A stretch of 64,000 nt of DNA from Pelotomaculum sp. DTU098 (GCA_001512635.1 LFSA01000061.1:747-64746), one strand, 5' to 3'; numbered from the stretch's first letter, positions 11,858-21,531 are shown. Program-made: numbers and translations. Notes: generated by a model not told the origin, from the sequence alone.

Positions 11858-12337
11858 TTAGTGGAGTGATTTTTTAAAATCGTTGAGACGTCCCGACTCC
11901 AGCAATTCTCTCAATTCCTGCTGTTGTTCTTCACTTAGTAGTTCCTTTATATTCAGGGTATGCTGGGCGACTTTTTCCGACATATAAATAGGAGTTTCCG
12001 TGCGAAGGGCCAGCGCAATGGCATCACTGGGGCGGGAATCTATTACCAGCTCCTGACCGTTGTGCCACATGTGGATTTCAGCGAAATAAGTTCCATCCCT
12101 CACATCATTGATAATAACCATGCTCAGTTTAGCCCCCAGGCGGTCACAGATGTTTTTTAAGAGGTCATGGGTCAGCGGCCGTTCCAGGCAGATACCCTGC
12201 AGGGCAAAGGCAATGGCGTGCGCTTCAAAGGGTCCTACCCAAATGGGAAGCGCCTTTACCTCTGCTTCATCAACCAGCAGGACTACCGGGTTCATCATAA
12301 CATCGTAGGCGATTTCCTTTACCTTAACCGGGATCAT
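11858..12337 (-). CDS. Bifunctional nuclease family protein (DUF151/BFN)
   Basis: 159 aa with the motifs LPIWVG..EA.AI, RP.THDL and ID.RPSDAIALALR typical of BFN-domain proteins. Confidence 0.8.
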   Translation of the reverse strand: MIPVKVKEIAYDVMMNPVVLLVDEAEVKALPIWVGPFEAHAIAFALQGICLERPLTHDLLKNICDRLGAKLSMVIINDVRDGTYFAEIHMWHNGQELVIDSRPSDAIALALRTETPIYMSEKVAQHTLNIKELLSEEQQQELRELLESGRLNDFKKSLH

Positions 12338-12922
12338 TTTTTCACCTTCTTTTCAACTCAATCAATTAGAAAAAGAAAGCGTTAGAGGGTTTCTCTACCT
12401 GTATTCTAAAAGCAAATATTGAGGAATGTCAAACTGGTTCTATTATGAAAACAGACTTTTTCAACCTCTGCCGCTAACGCCTCAGCAGCATGGTTTCTTA
12501 ACCACTTAATGTTTATTTTGACCACAGGAGTGGGTTATCCTGTCCTGGCCTTTGTAAACAACCCCAAAAAGACCTGCCTCTTGTTCCGCCAGCTAAGAAA
12601 GCCAAATAATAGGTAATTATTGCTCCGGTGGTCAAATTAATATCTCATTTAGCATGTATGATTAAAGCCTTTCTTTAATATCTTATTTTAATATTTTATT
12701 GATTATATCATAATTTGCATTTTTTAAAAGCTTATAGATACCATTATCAAACGCGGGCAGATAGATTATGCTTACAATTGAGCATAGCCACCGTTGTCGC
12801 GCTGTTAAACCTGTGCTATACTTTTTTAGACCGGCGTGCCAGTGGGAGCGGTATCGCCCGTGGGAATTCACCTGCTTTAAGAGCAGTGAATTTCGCGGGC
12901 TATTTACATTCATAGAATAAGG

Positions 12923-13894
12923 ATGATCCAAATGAATGAAAAAATCAGGGCGGCACGTCTCTCCATTGCCTCAAGTACGGTCCTGACCCTGGCAAAACTG
13001 GCAACAGGAATTTTTATGAACTCCATAAGCGTATTATCCGAAGCAATTCACTCCGGCCTGGACCTGGTTGCTGCTATGATCGCGTTTCTTTCAGTCAGGG
13101 AATCCTCTAAACCGGCCGATGAACGCCATCCTTTCGGTCATGGCAAATTTGAAAATGTTGCAAGTATTATCGAAGCTGTTTTAATCCTGGCAGCCGCAGC
13201 TATGATCATTGCCAGCGCCTACCCCAAGCTCCGCGGTGAGGTGGAAATCCACTCCCTTGGTTTGGGAGCTGCAATCATGGGTATATCAGCCCTGGTTAAT
13301 TTTTTGGTATCCCGGGAACTAATGAGTGTAGCCAGAAAAACGGAATCCCCAGCCCTGGAAGCGGATGCCTGGCATTTGCGAACAGATGTATATACCTCGC
13401 TAGGCGTTTTTGCGGGTATTCTCGCTATTAAAATAACCGGCCTGACTATTCTGGACCCGCTCATTGCTATGGGTGTGGCTTTGTTAATTGTGCGGGCGGC
13501 TGTGCGGCTTATTATCGATTCCATGCGCGGCATCCTGGACGTTCAGCTTCCGGAAAAAGAGCAGCAGGTTATCAGGGAAATTCTTGCCAAATACTCGCCC
13601 CACTACCTGGAATACCACGAATTGAAAACCAGGAAGGCGGGTCCCCAGCGTTTTATTGAGCTTCACCTGGTTGTCCCGGGGGGCAGGGCCGTTAATAAAG
13701 TCCATGATCTTTGCGACCAGATCGAAGAGGAAGTCCGCCACCATTTTAAGGATGTAAATGTCTTGATTCACATAGAGCCCTGTTACCAGCAGTGCGCCAG
13801 CTGCAATCAGGCTGGATGGCAACAGACGGATACGGCCCCAGATAAATCGTTTTGTGGGCAGCAAGCACGGAAAAACTATTTGCCGGAAAAATAA
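12923..13894 (+). CDS. Cation diffusion facilitator family metal exporter
   Basis: Six TM helices with H-x3-D metal-site motifs (AIHSGLDLVAA, AWHLRTDVYTS) and a cytoplasmic C-terminal domain, plus an extra Cys-rich tail (CYQQCASCN). Confidence 0.88.
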   Translation: MIQMNEKIRAARLSIASSTVLTLAKLATGIFMNSISVLSEAIHSGLDLVAAMIAFLSVRESSKPADERHPFGHGKFENVASIIEAVLILAAAAMIIASAYPKLRGEVEIHSLGLGAAIMGISALVNFLVSRELMSVARKTESPALEADAWHLRTDVYTSLGVFAGILAIKITGLTILDPLIAMGVALLIVRAAVRLIIDSMRGILDVQLPEKEQQVIREILAKYSPHYLEYHELKTRKAGPQRFIELHLVVPGGRAVNKVHDLCDQIEEEVRHHFKDVNVLIHIEPCYQQCASCNQAGWQQTDTAPDKSFCGQQARKNYLPEK

Positions 13895-13908
13895 TTCCGG
13901 CTTTTTTT
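13882..13908 (+). terminator. Rho-independent terminator after the CDF gene
   Basis: GCCGGAA (13882-13888) pairs with TTCCGGC (13895-13901), followed by TTTTTTT. Confidence 0.8.
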
Positions 13909-13974
13909 CTTTATTTACTTATATTTAACTAGATGAGTGACCATACTATTTTAAAAAGGAGGTAAGAAGCTCTC

Positions 13975-14244
13975 ATGACTTCAACTCTGGCGGAATACTT
14001 TGTTGGTGTTCAGCACCGCCTGCCCGAAGAGGCCGAAAGGGTGATGAAAGCCCTTGCATCTCACGGGCCTATGAACAAAGAAGAACTATCACTTACTGCA
14101 AAAGTTAAAAGGGCTGTGCTCGATCATGTCATCATGCAGCTTTATGCCCTCGGGCTGGTGGATGTTACAACAGAGGGTAAGAGTAAAATGTGCAGTGTCA
14201 CGACACTGGGATGGGATTTTATCAGCCTCAGTAATGCCGGTTAA
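13975..14244 (+). CDS. Hypothetical small protein, possible winged-helix DNA-binding fold
   Basis: 89-aa ORF with an AGGAGG SD upstream and its own terminator. The pattern (MNKEELSLTAKVKRAVLDHVIMQLYALGLVDV) resembles a wHTH recognition helix plus wing. I recognised no family. Confidence 0.45.
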   Translation: MTSTLAEYFVGVQHRLPEEAERVMKALASHGPMNKEELSLTAKVKRAVLDHVIMQLYALGLVDVTTEGKSKMCSVTTLGWDFISLSNAG

Positions 14245-14266
14245 AAATCAACCGGCTCTTTTCTTT
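14236..14266 (+). terminator. Rho-independent terminator
   Basis: GCCGGTT (14236-14242) pairs with AACCGGC (14250-14256), followed by a T-rich tract TCTTTTCTTT. Confidence 0.65.
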
Positions 14267-14417
14267 GTAGCAATATATAATATTGCGGTACCCAGCCCGG
14301 CGTGTTCTGGATTATTAATGCCTGGAATTGGGTTATGATCAATTATATTGGGGACAGGTTTACAGCAGGTTCTCCTCGTTGCCAAACAGACCCGCTTTGA
14401 TTATAATTTTATTATCT

Positions 14418-17114
14418 ATGAAAAATATTCCCAAACACAAAGCAAAAATATGGCGAGTTAAAGCATCTGATCCGGTACTAAGCCAGATCTTTGCGCATAA
14501 GCTGAAAATTTCGCCTATAACAGCCCAATTATTGATTAACCGTGGCATCTATACGGTGGAACAGGGACTGGCCTTTCTGGGCAGCGAACTGGAAAGTCTG
14601 CACAATCCCTACCTCATGAAAGATCTTAAAAAAGCTGTTGACCGGATCTTGAAAGCAGCCAGGTCAGGGGAAAGGATCCTTCTTTATGGGGATTATGATG
14701 TTGACGGTATTACCTCAACGGCTCTCCTGACAAGGGTTCTTCAAGGTATAGGTGCAGATGTCCACAGCTATCTACCGCACAGGCTTACAGAGGGCTACGG
14801 CCTTCACCTGGCTCCCCTGCAACGGGCCAGAGAGGAAGGGACCAGCCTGGTAGTTACCCTGGACTGCGGTATTAACGCTCTGGAAGAAGCCCTGTGGGCT
14901 AAAAATAACGGCCTCGATTTGATTATCACCGACCACCACGAACCGCCGCCGGAACTGCCCCAGGCTGTTGCCGTTGTCAATCCCAAAAGGCAGGACTGTC
15001 TGTACCCATTTAAAGAATTAGCCGGTGTTGGTGTCGCCCTGAAAGTTGCCCAGGCCATCATCAAGGAATCCGGTAAAAAGAACGCGGCCTGGCAGGACTA
15101 TTTAGACCTGGTCTGTCTGGGGACCATAGCTGATGTTGTCCCTCTGCACGGGGAAAACCGGATTTTGGTCAAACACGGCCTCCCCAGGCTGGCCCACACT
15201 GATAAGTGCGGGCTACGGGCTTTAATAAAAGTAAGCGGTATTGAGAAAAATACCCTTTGCGCCAGGGATGTGGGTTTCGGCCTTGCCCCCAGGCTGAATG
15301 CAGCCGGCAGGCTGGATAGTCCCGGGAAAGCGCTAAGACTCTTACTGACGGATAACCCTGCCGAGGCCTGGGAAATAGCATGTGAATTGAACCGGAGCAA
15401 CCAGGAGCGTCAAAAAATTGAGACTGATGTACTGAATGAAGCGTTCCATCTCCTGCAGGCAAAACCCCATCTCCAGGAAGCAAAGGTGCTGGTCCTGGCC
15501 TCGGAGGGATGGCATCCAGGTGTTATTGGTATCGTTGCTTCCCGTTTAACAGAGATGTTCAACCGCCCGGTGCTGTTAGTAGCCCTTGAGGGCGAAGAAG
15601 GAAAAGGTTCAGCCAGAAGCATACCGGGTTTCAACATGTATCAGGCCCTGGATCACTGCCGCGAGCATCTCTTGAATTACGGGGGGCATGCCCTGGCTGC
15701 CGGTTTTACCATCGACAGAGTTAAAATCGAAGGCCTGGCAAAGGAGATTAACCATTACGCTGCGGAAGTATTTGCCCATGTAGAAACGGTTCCGCTCCTG
15801 GAGCTGGACGCAATAATTGACGCTGCTCAAATTGATGAGGAACTGGTAGGAGAAATTGAAAGTTTAAGCCCCTTTGGTAATACTAACCCACAACCCCTGC
15901 TTTGCTTCCGAAAAGCAAAAATCCTGGAAAGCCGGGTTGTGGGTAAGAACGCCAACCACTTAAAATTTAAACTTAAAGTGGAGAATAAAGCCCTGGAGGG
16001 AATTGGTTTTAATCTAGGTGCCTATGCCGAAACCGTGGCTGCAGCCAGCGAGGTAGATCTTGCCTTTGTTCCGGCGCTGAACAGTTTTAACGGGAGATGC
16101 TCAATTGTATTGGAAGTCAAAGAACTGGGCACTCCTGCTTCCCTGGATGTTTTGAACCAGGACGAAAGTCTTAATTTTGATTCCAGTTTTACAGACATCC
16201 TGAAAGAAAACTCAGAGCTACAGGTTGATTTGTTTGTACCGGAATTCGTTCTGGAAACTCTTGACAATAATATTCCATTCTCTGACCATGACACTATTTT
16301 CTCCGGCCTTGATACTGATAAAGTAAAGGAATTGTTTCATAATGTGGTCTTAACAGACTGGCGCGGGATTTTAGACCGGCCGGCGCAACTGGCAAAACTG
16401 GCTGAGTGCGGCGAGCCTACCCTGGTAATCACCTCCTGCGCTTATCAAACCATTGAACTTGCTCGCTTTCTTCAACTAACAAACCCGGCCCTGCGCGGTC
16501 AAACAGGTTGCCTGAATAAAGCTGTCTCAGCGGAGCAAAGGGACCGGACAGCAAGTATGTTTCAGTCAGGACAGATTAAGATCGTCATTGCAACTCCCAA
16601 TACAGCCGTCCCTTTAATTAGCTATGCCCAGGAAGTTTTGTTCTACCATCTTCCCTATGATGATCTGGCCTGCTCATCTATAATTCGGGCGATGCAGCCG
16701 GGCGGACGCCTCTATCTCCTTTTTGGACCTGAAGACTTTGAAGAGAATAAAACCTGGCTGGAGGTAATGGCGCCTGACAGGAACTGCCTGGCAATAATTT
16801 ATAGTTACTTGCGTAAGGCAAACAACAATGGTTTTCTCGAGCTCACAGACGGGGCAGATCTTGTAAGAGCCATGTCCCTGGCTGGATTTCCTAAATTCCA
16901 TGCCTGTACAACAAAGACAGCTCTTAAAATATTTCAGGAACTGAGCCTTATTATCAAGCAGGATCTTGCTCAAACCAAAAGGTTCAAACTGTTGCCGGCC
17001 CCTTCAAAAAAGAAGGATCTGGGCGAATCTATTACCTTTCGAAGTCTTCAATCAATTAAAAATAAATCTCTCAGCTGGATGAAGTTTATTCTAAACGATC
17101 CCCTTCATCCTTAA
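14418..17114 (+). CDS. recJ: Single-stranded-DNA-specific exonuclease RecJ (long form)
   Basis: DHH motifs (LLYGDYDVDGITS, LDCG, IITDHH) and DHHA1 (GGHALAAGF), plus a C-terminal extension of about 330 aa. Start ATG 14418 (MKNIPKH); the ORF-track start 14328 looks like an upstream read-through. Confidence 0.92.
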   Translation: MKNIPKHKAKIWRVKASDPVLSQIFAHKLKISPITAQLLINRGIYTVEQGLAFLGSELESLHNPYLMKDLKKAVDRILKAARSGERILLYGDYDVDGITSTALLTRVLQGIGADVHSYLPHRLTEGYGLHLAPLQRAREEGTSLVVTLDCGINALEEALWAKNNGLDLIITDHHEPPPELPQAVAVVNPKRQDCLYPFKELAGVGVALKVAQAIIKESGKKNAAWQDYLDLVCLGTIADVVPLHGENRILVKHGLPRLAHTDKCGLRALIKVSGIEKNTLCARDVGFGLAPRLNAAGRLDSPGKALRLLLTDNPAEAWEIACELNRSNQERQKIETDVLNEAFHLLQAKPHLQEAKVLVLASEGWHPGVIGIVASRLTEMFNRPVLLVALEGEEGKGSARSIPGFNMYQALDHCREHLLNYGGHALAAGFTIDRVKIEGLAKEINHYAAEVFAHVETVPLLELDAIIDAAQIDEELVGEIESLSPFGNTNPQPLLCFRKAKILESRVVGKNANHLKFKLKVENKALEGIGFNLGAYAETVAAASEVDLAFVPALNSFNGRCSIVLEVKELGTPASLDVLNQDESLNFDSSFTDILKENSELQVDLFVPEFVLETLDNNIPFSDHDTIFSGLDTDKVKELFHNVVLTDWRGILDRPAQLAKLAECGEPTLVITSCAYQTIELARFLQLTNPALRGQTGCLNKAVSAEQRDRTASMFQSGQIKIVIATPNTAVPLISYAQEVLFYHLPYDDLACSSIIRAMQPGGRLYLLFGPEDFEENKTWLEVMAPDRNCLAIIYSYLRKANNNGFLELTDGADLVRAMSLAGFPKFHACTTKTALKIFQELSLIIKQDLAQTKRFKLLPAPSKKKDLGESITFRSLQSIKNKSLSWMKFILNDPLHP

Positions 17115-17168
17115 AATAGAATAATCACTCCATAAGGAATAGATAATCAACACAGAGGAGGGTAAATC

Positions 17169-17690
17169 ATGGATTTTAAGAGTAAAATCAGGGAAATAAG
17201 GGATTTTCCCCGGGAGGGGATTAATTATAAAGACATATCTACCCTCCTTCTCGACAGTGAGGCCTACCACGCGGCCATAAATGAACTGGCAAAACAGTGT
17301 AAACACAAACAGGCGGATTTGATTGTCTGCCCCAAAGCCAGGGCTTTGACAATCGGTGCCCCTCTGGCTTATGTCCTTGGCGTAGGCCTGATTGTTTTAG
17401 GGAACGCCGGCAGGATACCGGAAGACGATATCTCGGCCTGGCATAATACCCAGGATTTCGCAGGTGAATCAATGGAGATCAACCTGGAGGCCATTAAACC
17501 AAATTCGAAAGTCCTTGTTGTCGATGAATTGCTTGCCACAGGCAGAACTGCCGCCAGCACAATAAAACTTATTGAGAAGCTGGGCGGCGATGTGGTGGGA
17601 ACAGTTTTTCTGATTGAACTTACCGGATTAGGTGGTAGAGTAAATCTAACAGATTATGATACAATATCATTGATTCAGTACAACTATTAG
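17169..17690 (+). CDS. apt: Adenine phosphoribosyltransferase homolog (divergent)
   Basis: 173 aa at the conserved recJ-apt-relA position. The N-terminal IR.I.DFP..GI...DI..LL and the PRPP loop VVDELLATGRT are recognisable, but several invariant motifs are substituted (see findings). Confidence 0.7.
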   Translation: MDFKSKIREIRDFPREGINYKDISTLLLDSEAYHAAINELAKQCKHKQADLIVCPKARALTIGAPLAYVLGVGLIVLGNAGRIPEDDISAWHNTQDFAGESMEINLEAIKPNSKVLVVDELLATGRTAASTIKLIEKLGGDVVGTVFLIELTGLGGRVNLTDYDTISLIQYNY

Positions 17691-17705
17691 AGGGAAATGA
17701 TTGAT

Positions 17706-20015
17706 ATGGAAAACCTCGCCTGTCTTTCTACCGGGGAATTTATCGAGCACCCGGAGGAAAACGTTAAACCGGGAGCTAAAGGCATGCCTGCAAAACCACA
17801 AGACCTGGATCACAAGGCAGCCCTAGAAGAACTTTTCCGGCTAATCAAGGCTTATAATGCCAATGTGGATATAGCCGCTATTCAGGCTGCCTATGAATAT
17901 GCAGAAAAAGCACACCGGAATCAAAAACGGTTTTCGGGTGAGCCTTATATTGTTCATCCCCTGGAAGTAGCAAAAATACTGGCACAATTAGAACTTGACC
18001 CGGAGACAATCATGGCGGGTTTGCTCCATGATGTGGTTGAGGATACTGGAATAACCCTGGAGGATATCCAGGTAAAATTTGGTAAAGAAGTAGCGCTCCT
18101 GGTGGACGGGGTGACCAAACTCAGCCGGTTCGAATTTAAATCAAAAGAAGAACAACAGGCGGAAAATTTGCGCAAGATGTTTCTGGCCATGGCCAAGGAC
18201 ATCCGGGTTATTCTAATTAAGCTGGCTGACCGCCTGCACAACCTGCGCACCCTTAAATACCACCCTGTGCCCAAGCAGCAGGAGATTGCCCAGGAAACAC
18301 TTGAAATATTTGCCCCCCTGGCACACCGCCTGGGAATCTATAGAATCAAATGGGAGCTGGAAGACTTATCCTTCCGTTTCAAGGAACCGGACCGCTATTT
18401 CGAACTGGTCAAAAAAATAGCTGAGACCCGCAAGAAACGGGAAGAAAAGATCAATTACGTAATCTCAATCTTGCAAGATAAACTTAAAACCATGGGCATA
18501 TCGGCTGTAATCGAGGGCCGGCCCAAACACCTTTACAGCATTAACGAAAAAATGATCAAGCAAAATGTTGACCTGAACGAAATTTATGATGTTATGGCCG
18601 TGCGTTGCCTGGTTGATACCGTGAAGGACTGCTACGCCACCCTGGGCATTGTTCATACGATGTGGACCCCTATACCCGGGCGGTTCAAAGACTTCATTGC
18701 CATGCCCAAGTCCAATATGTACCAATCCCTGCACACAACTGTGGTGGGTCCCCTGGGAGAACCCCTGGAGATTCAAATCCGCACCATGGAAATGCACAAA
18801 ACCGCCGAATACGGAATTGCTGCCCACTGGCGCTATAAGGAAGGCACCAAGGGGGACAGCGAGTTTGATAAAAAGCTAGCCTGGCTGCGCCAGCTTTTAG
18901 AGTGGCAACATGAATTACGGGATGCCAGGGAGTTCATGGAAAACCTCAAAATCGACTTGTTTGACGATGCGGTATTTGTTTTTTCACCCAAGGGAGATGT
19001 CTTGGAACTGCCGGCAGGTTCAGTGCCCCTTGACTTTGCATACCGTATTCACACGGATGTGGGTCACCGTTGTATAGGGGCCAAAGTAAACGGCCGGATC
19101 GTACCCCTGGATTATGTTTTAAAGAACGGCGACATTGTGGAAATTCTGACCTCGAAGAACAGCGCGCCCAAACGGGATTGGCTTAATATAGTCAAAACTT
19201 CCCAATCCAGGACCAAAATAAAACAGTGGTTCAAGAAAGAAAACCGTGAAGAGAATATTCTTAAGGGAAGAGAACTACTCGAGCGGGAAGCCAGGAAACA
19301 GGGACTGGAAGCGGAATCTTTAAAGCCGGAGAAGCTTCTGGAAATAGGTAAAAAGCTGTCCTTTTTCACACTTGAGGAACTTTTCGCCGCAATTGGAGAC
19401 GGCGTTATTACCGCAAACAGCATCCTTAACAAAATAAAGCTGGAGGAAGCTAGATCAGAGAAAAGGGGATTGCTGTCAGAAGAAGTCCAGACTCTTAAAA
19501 ACGAAATTAAACTACCGGCCGGATGGCGTGGTAAACCTACCCAGGGAATACGGGTCAAGGGAATAGACAATCTACTGGTTAGACTATCTCACTGCTGCAA
19601 CCCTGTACCAGGCGATCCAATCCTGGGTTATATTACCCGGGGCCGGGGCATATCCATCCATCGCATCGATTGCAGAAACATCACCACCTATATGCAGTGC
19701 GAAAGGGAACGCCTGGTGGATGTGGCCTGGGACGAGGAATTCAAAGACCCCTTCCAGGTCAAGCTGGAAGTAAACGGGATGGACCGGTCGGGTTTTCTGA
19801 GCGATATCATGGCTGTACTCGTTGATATGAAAATAAGCGCCAACTGGGTAACAGCCAGAGGCAAAAAAGACGGCGGGGCTGTGGTAGATCTGGTGCTGGA
19901 AATAAAAGACCTGGTACAACTTGAACATATCATGAACAGAATAAAAAGGATTAAAGACGTCTATGACGTGAAGCGGGTCAGCTTCAACGGGCAGCCCCAG
20001 AATCCGCTCAATTAA
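17706..20015 (+). CDS. relA: Bifunctional (p)ppGpp synthetase/hydrolase RelA/SpoT
   Basis: HD hydrolase (HPLEVA..LLHDVVEDT), synthetase (YRSLHT-like QSLHTTV, EIQIRT), TGS and C-terminal ACT domains. ATG 17706 has better SD spacing than ATG 17697; ATG 17784 is also possible. Confidence 0.93.
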   Translation: MENLACLSTGEFIEHPEENVKPGAKGMPAKPQDLDHKAALEELFRLIKAYNANVDIAAIQAAYEYAEKAHRNQKRFSGEPYIVHPLEVAKILAQLELDPETIMAGLLHDVVEDTGITLEDIQVKFGKEVALLVDGVTKLSRFEFKSKEEQQAENLRKMFLAMAKDIRVILIKLADRLHNLRTLKYHPVPKQQEIAQETLEIFAPLAHRLGIYRIKWELEDLSFRFKEPDRYFELVKKIAETRKKREEKINYVISILQDKLKTMGISAVIEGRPKHLYSINEKMIKQNVDLNEIYDVMAVRCLVDTVKDCYATLGIVHTMWTPIPGRFKDFIAMPKSNMYQSLHTTVVGPLGEPLEIQIRTMEMHKTAEYGIAAHWRYKEGTKGDSEFDKKLAWLRQLLEWQHELRDAREFMENLKIDLFDDAVFVFSPKGDVLELPAGSVPLDFAYRIHTDVGHRCIGAKVNGRIVPLDYVLKNGDIVEILTSKNSAPKRDWLNIVKTSQSRTKIKQWFKKENREENILKGRELLEREARKQGLEAESLKPEKLLEIGKKLSFFTLEELFAAIGDGVITANSILNKIKLEEARSEKRGLLSEEVQTLKNEIKLPAGWRGKPTQGIRVKGIDNLLVRLSHCCNPVPGDPILGYITRGRGISIHRIDCRNITTYMQCERERLVDVAWDEEFKDPFQVKLEVNGMDRSGFLSDIMAVLVDMKISANWVTARGKKDGGAVVDLVLEIKDLVQLEHIMNRIKRIKDVYDVKRVSFNGQPQNPLN

Positions 20016-20032
20016 GGTAAGGGGGAAATTGT

Positions 20033-20482
20033 TTGCGTGCAGTTGTCCAGAGGGTTACCCGGGGCTCAGTAACAGTGGAAGGCAATAAGGTCTGCGAAAT
20101 TGGACCTGGCCTGGTGGTGCTCCTGGGTGTGGGGCGCAGCGATACAGCGGAAGACGCCGGGTACCTTGCTGAGAAGATCGCTAATTTACGAATTTTTGAA
20201 GATAACCAGGGAAAAATGAACCTTTCGGTTCTTGATACAGGTGGGTCGCTGCTTGTGGTATCCCAGTTTACCCTTTACGGGGACTGCCGGAAAGGGAGAA
20301 GGCCGGGCTTTACCGAAGCAGCCTTACCGGAGGACGCTCTGAACCTGTACAACAAATTTGTGCAGGACCTGAAGGATATGGGGCTGAGCGTGACAACCGG
20401 ACACTTTAGAGAGCATATGCTGGTGGAAATTCTTAACGACGGCCCTGTAACAATGCTCCTGGATAGTAAAAAAGGTTTTTAA
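20033..20482 (+). CDS. dtd: D-aminoacyl-tRNA deacylase
   Basis: 149 aa with MRAVVQRV at the N-terminus and the motifs SQFTLYGD and GPVT. TTG start. Confidence 0.93.
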   Translation: MRAVVQRVTRGSVTVEGNKVCEIGPGLVVLLGVGRSDTAEDAGYLAEKIANLRIFEDNQGKMNLSVLDTGGSLLVVSQFTLYGDCRKGRRPGFTEAALPEDALNLYNKFVQDLKDMGLSVTTGHFREHMLVEILNDGPVTMLLDSKKGF

Positions 20483-20504
20483 ACCCGGAGGTGTGTTATA
20501 ACTC

Positions 20505-21128
20505 ATGATCTTTACTGGATTACCTGTTGGCCCTTTTGAAACAAACTGCTACATTATCGGCTGCGAGGAAACAAAGGAAGGGGCAGTTGTGGACCCCGGT
20601 TTCGAGGCCGAAAAAATTTTGAAAAGGATCGAAAAACTGGGATTAAATATCCGCTATATTATCCTCACCCATGGTCACGTCGATCACATCGGAGCCCTGG
20701 CAGAGGTGCAGCAGGCCACCGGGGCGAAGGTTTTAATTCATGCTGAAGACGCCGGAATGCTCACAGACTCAAGAAAGAATCTTTCCACCTTTACCGGCCG
20801 TGGGTTAAAATTCAAAGAAGCTGACCGCCTTTTGCAGGAAGGAGACAAGATTAAGGTAGGTAACTTGGAGTTCGAAGTTATTCACACCCCGGGTCATACT
20901 CAGGGAGGCATCAGCCTCAAATGTGGTCCTGATACCCTGCTCACGGGAGATGCCCTTTTTGCCGGTTCCGTTGGCCGCTCGGATTTTCCAGGAGGAAGCC
21001 ACACACAGTTAATAAACTCCATTAAAAACAAGCTCCTTGTTTTTCCTCCCGAAACTAAAGTTTTCCCCGGTCACGGCCCGTCTTCCACCATTGGGGAAGA
21101 AAAACTCTACAATCCCTTTCTCAGATAA
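20505..21128 (+). CDS. MBL-fold metallo-hydrolase (glyoxalase II-like)
   Basis: 207 aa with the motifs THGHVDHIG, HTPGHT..G and GD.LF.GS.GR.DF typical of the beta-lactamase fold. Confidence 0.85.
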   Translation: MIFTGLPVGPFETNCYIIGCEETKEGAVVDPGFEAEKILKRIEKLGLNIRYIILTHGHVDHIGALAEVQQATGAKVLIHAEDAGMLTDSRKNLSTFTGRGLKFKEADRLLQEGDKIKVGNLEFEVIHTPGHTQGGISLKCGPDTLLTGDALFAGSVGRSDFPGGSHTQLINSIKNKLLVFPPETKVFPGHGPSSTIGEEKLYNPFLR

Positions 21129-21160
21129 GCAAAATTATGCCTGGAAAACAGCCATTGAAC

Positions 21161-21203
21161 ATAAGCTTCCAAAAACCTTAAATTTCAGGAAGCTTATTTT
21201 TTC
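21161..21203 (+). terminator. Rho-independent terminator between convergent genes
   Basis: ATAAGCTTCC (21161-21170) pairs with GGAAGCTTAT (21188-21197), followed by TTTTTT. Confidence 0.75.
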
Positions 21204-21252
21204 TTCTTTACTGCATAGATTTACTTAATTACCCGCCCTAAGGGCTGGTAGT

Positions 21253-21531
21253 TTAATGAATTACATCCCCACTGCCCCGGCTGATATCCCCAGCGGAGCA
21301 GGGGACTCCTTGCTTTTCAGCCCGGGGAGCGCAATGCCCGCAACTGCAGGTTTCCTCCTTTTTTCCCTTTGGCTTAAACCCCGCCGACTCCAGGGCGTCG
21401 ACTAACTGGTTACGGATGTATTTCAGGTACCTGGCCCGGAGTTCCCTTTGCTCCTTTTCTTCCTGTGGGGTAAGCCCTTGTTCCCTTTTTTTACGGGCAA
21501 GCCAGTTAATTCGTGCAACCAAATCATTCAT
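21253..21531 (-). CDS. DUF896 (UPF0291) family protein with Cys-containing C-terminal tail
   Basis: The N-terminal 55 aa (RINWLARKKREQGLTPQEEKEQRELRARYLKYIRNQL) match the DUF896 pattern. An extra tail carries CSCGHC...PC. Confidence 0.7.
   Translation of the reverse strand: MNDLVARINWLARKKREQGLTPQEEKEQRELRARYLKYIRNQLVDALESAGFKPKGKKEETCSCGHCAPRAEKQGVPCSAGDISRGSGDVIH

Noticed and set aside
12683-12931. 82-aa minus-strand and 66-aa plus-strand (12715-12915) ORFs inside the CDF leader.
   Set aside because: Neither has an SD or family resemblance. They overlap each other and the structured leader, and the minus-strand ORF would run antisense into the CDF start.
14328-14417. Upstream extensions offered by the ORF track: recJ 14328, ruvC 158, queH 2455, spoIID 3292, tgt 5908, HD 7523, yteA 10805, trxA 26558, alaS 32970, wzy 56600.
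   Set aside because: In each case an internal start with a properly spaced SD gives an N-terminus matching the family pattern. The extension either overlaps the preceding gene or terminator, or adds non-homologous residues.
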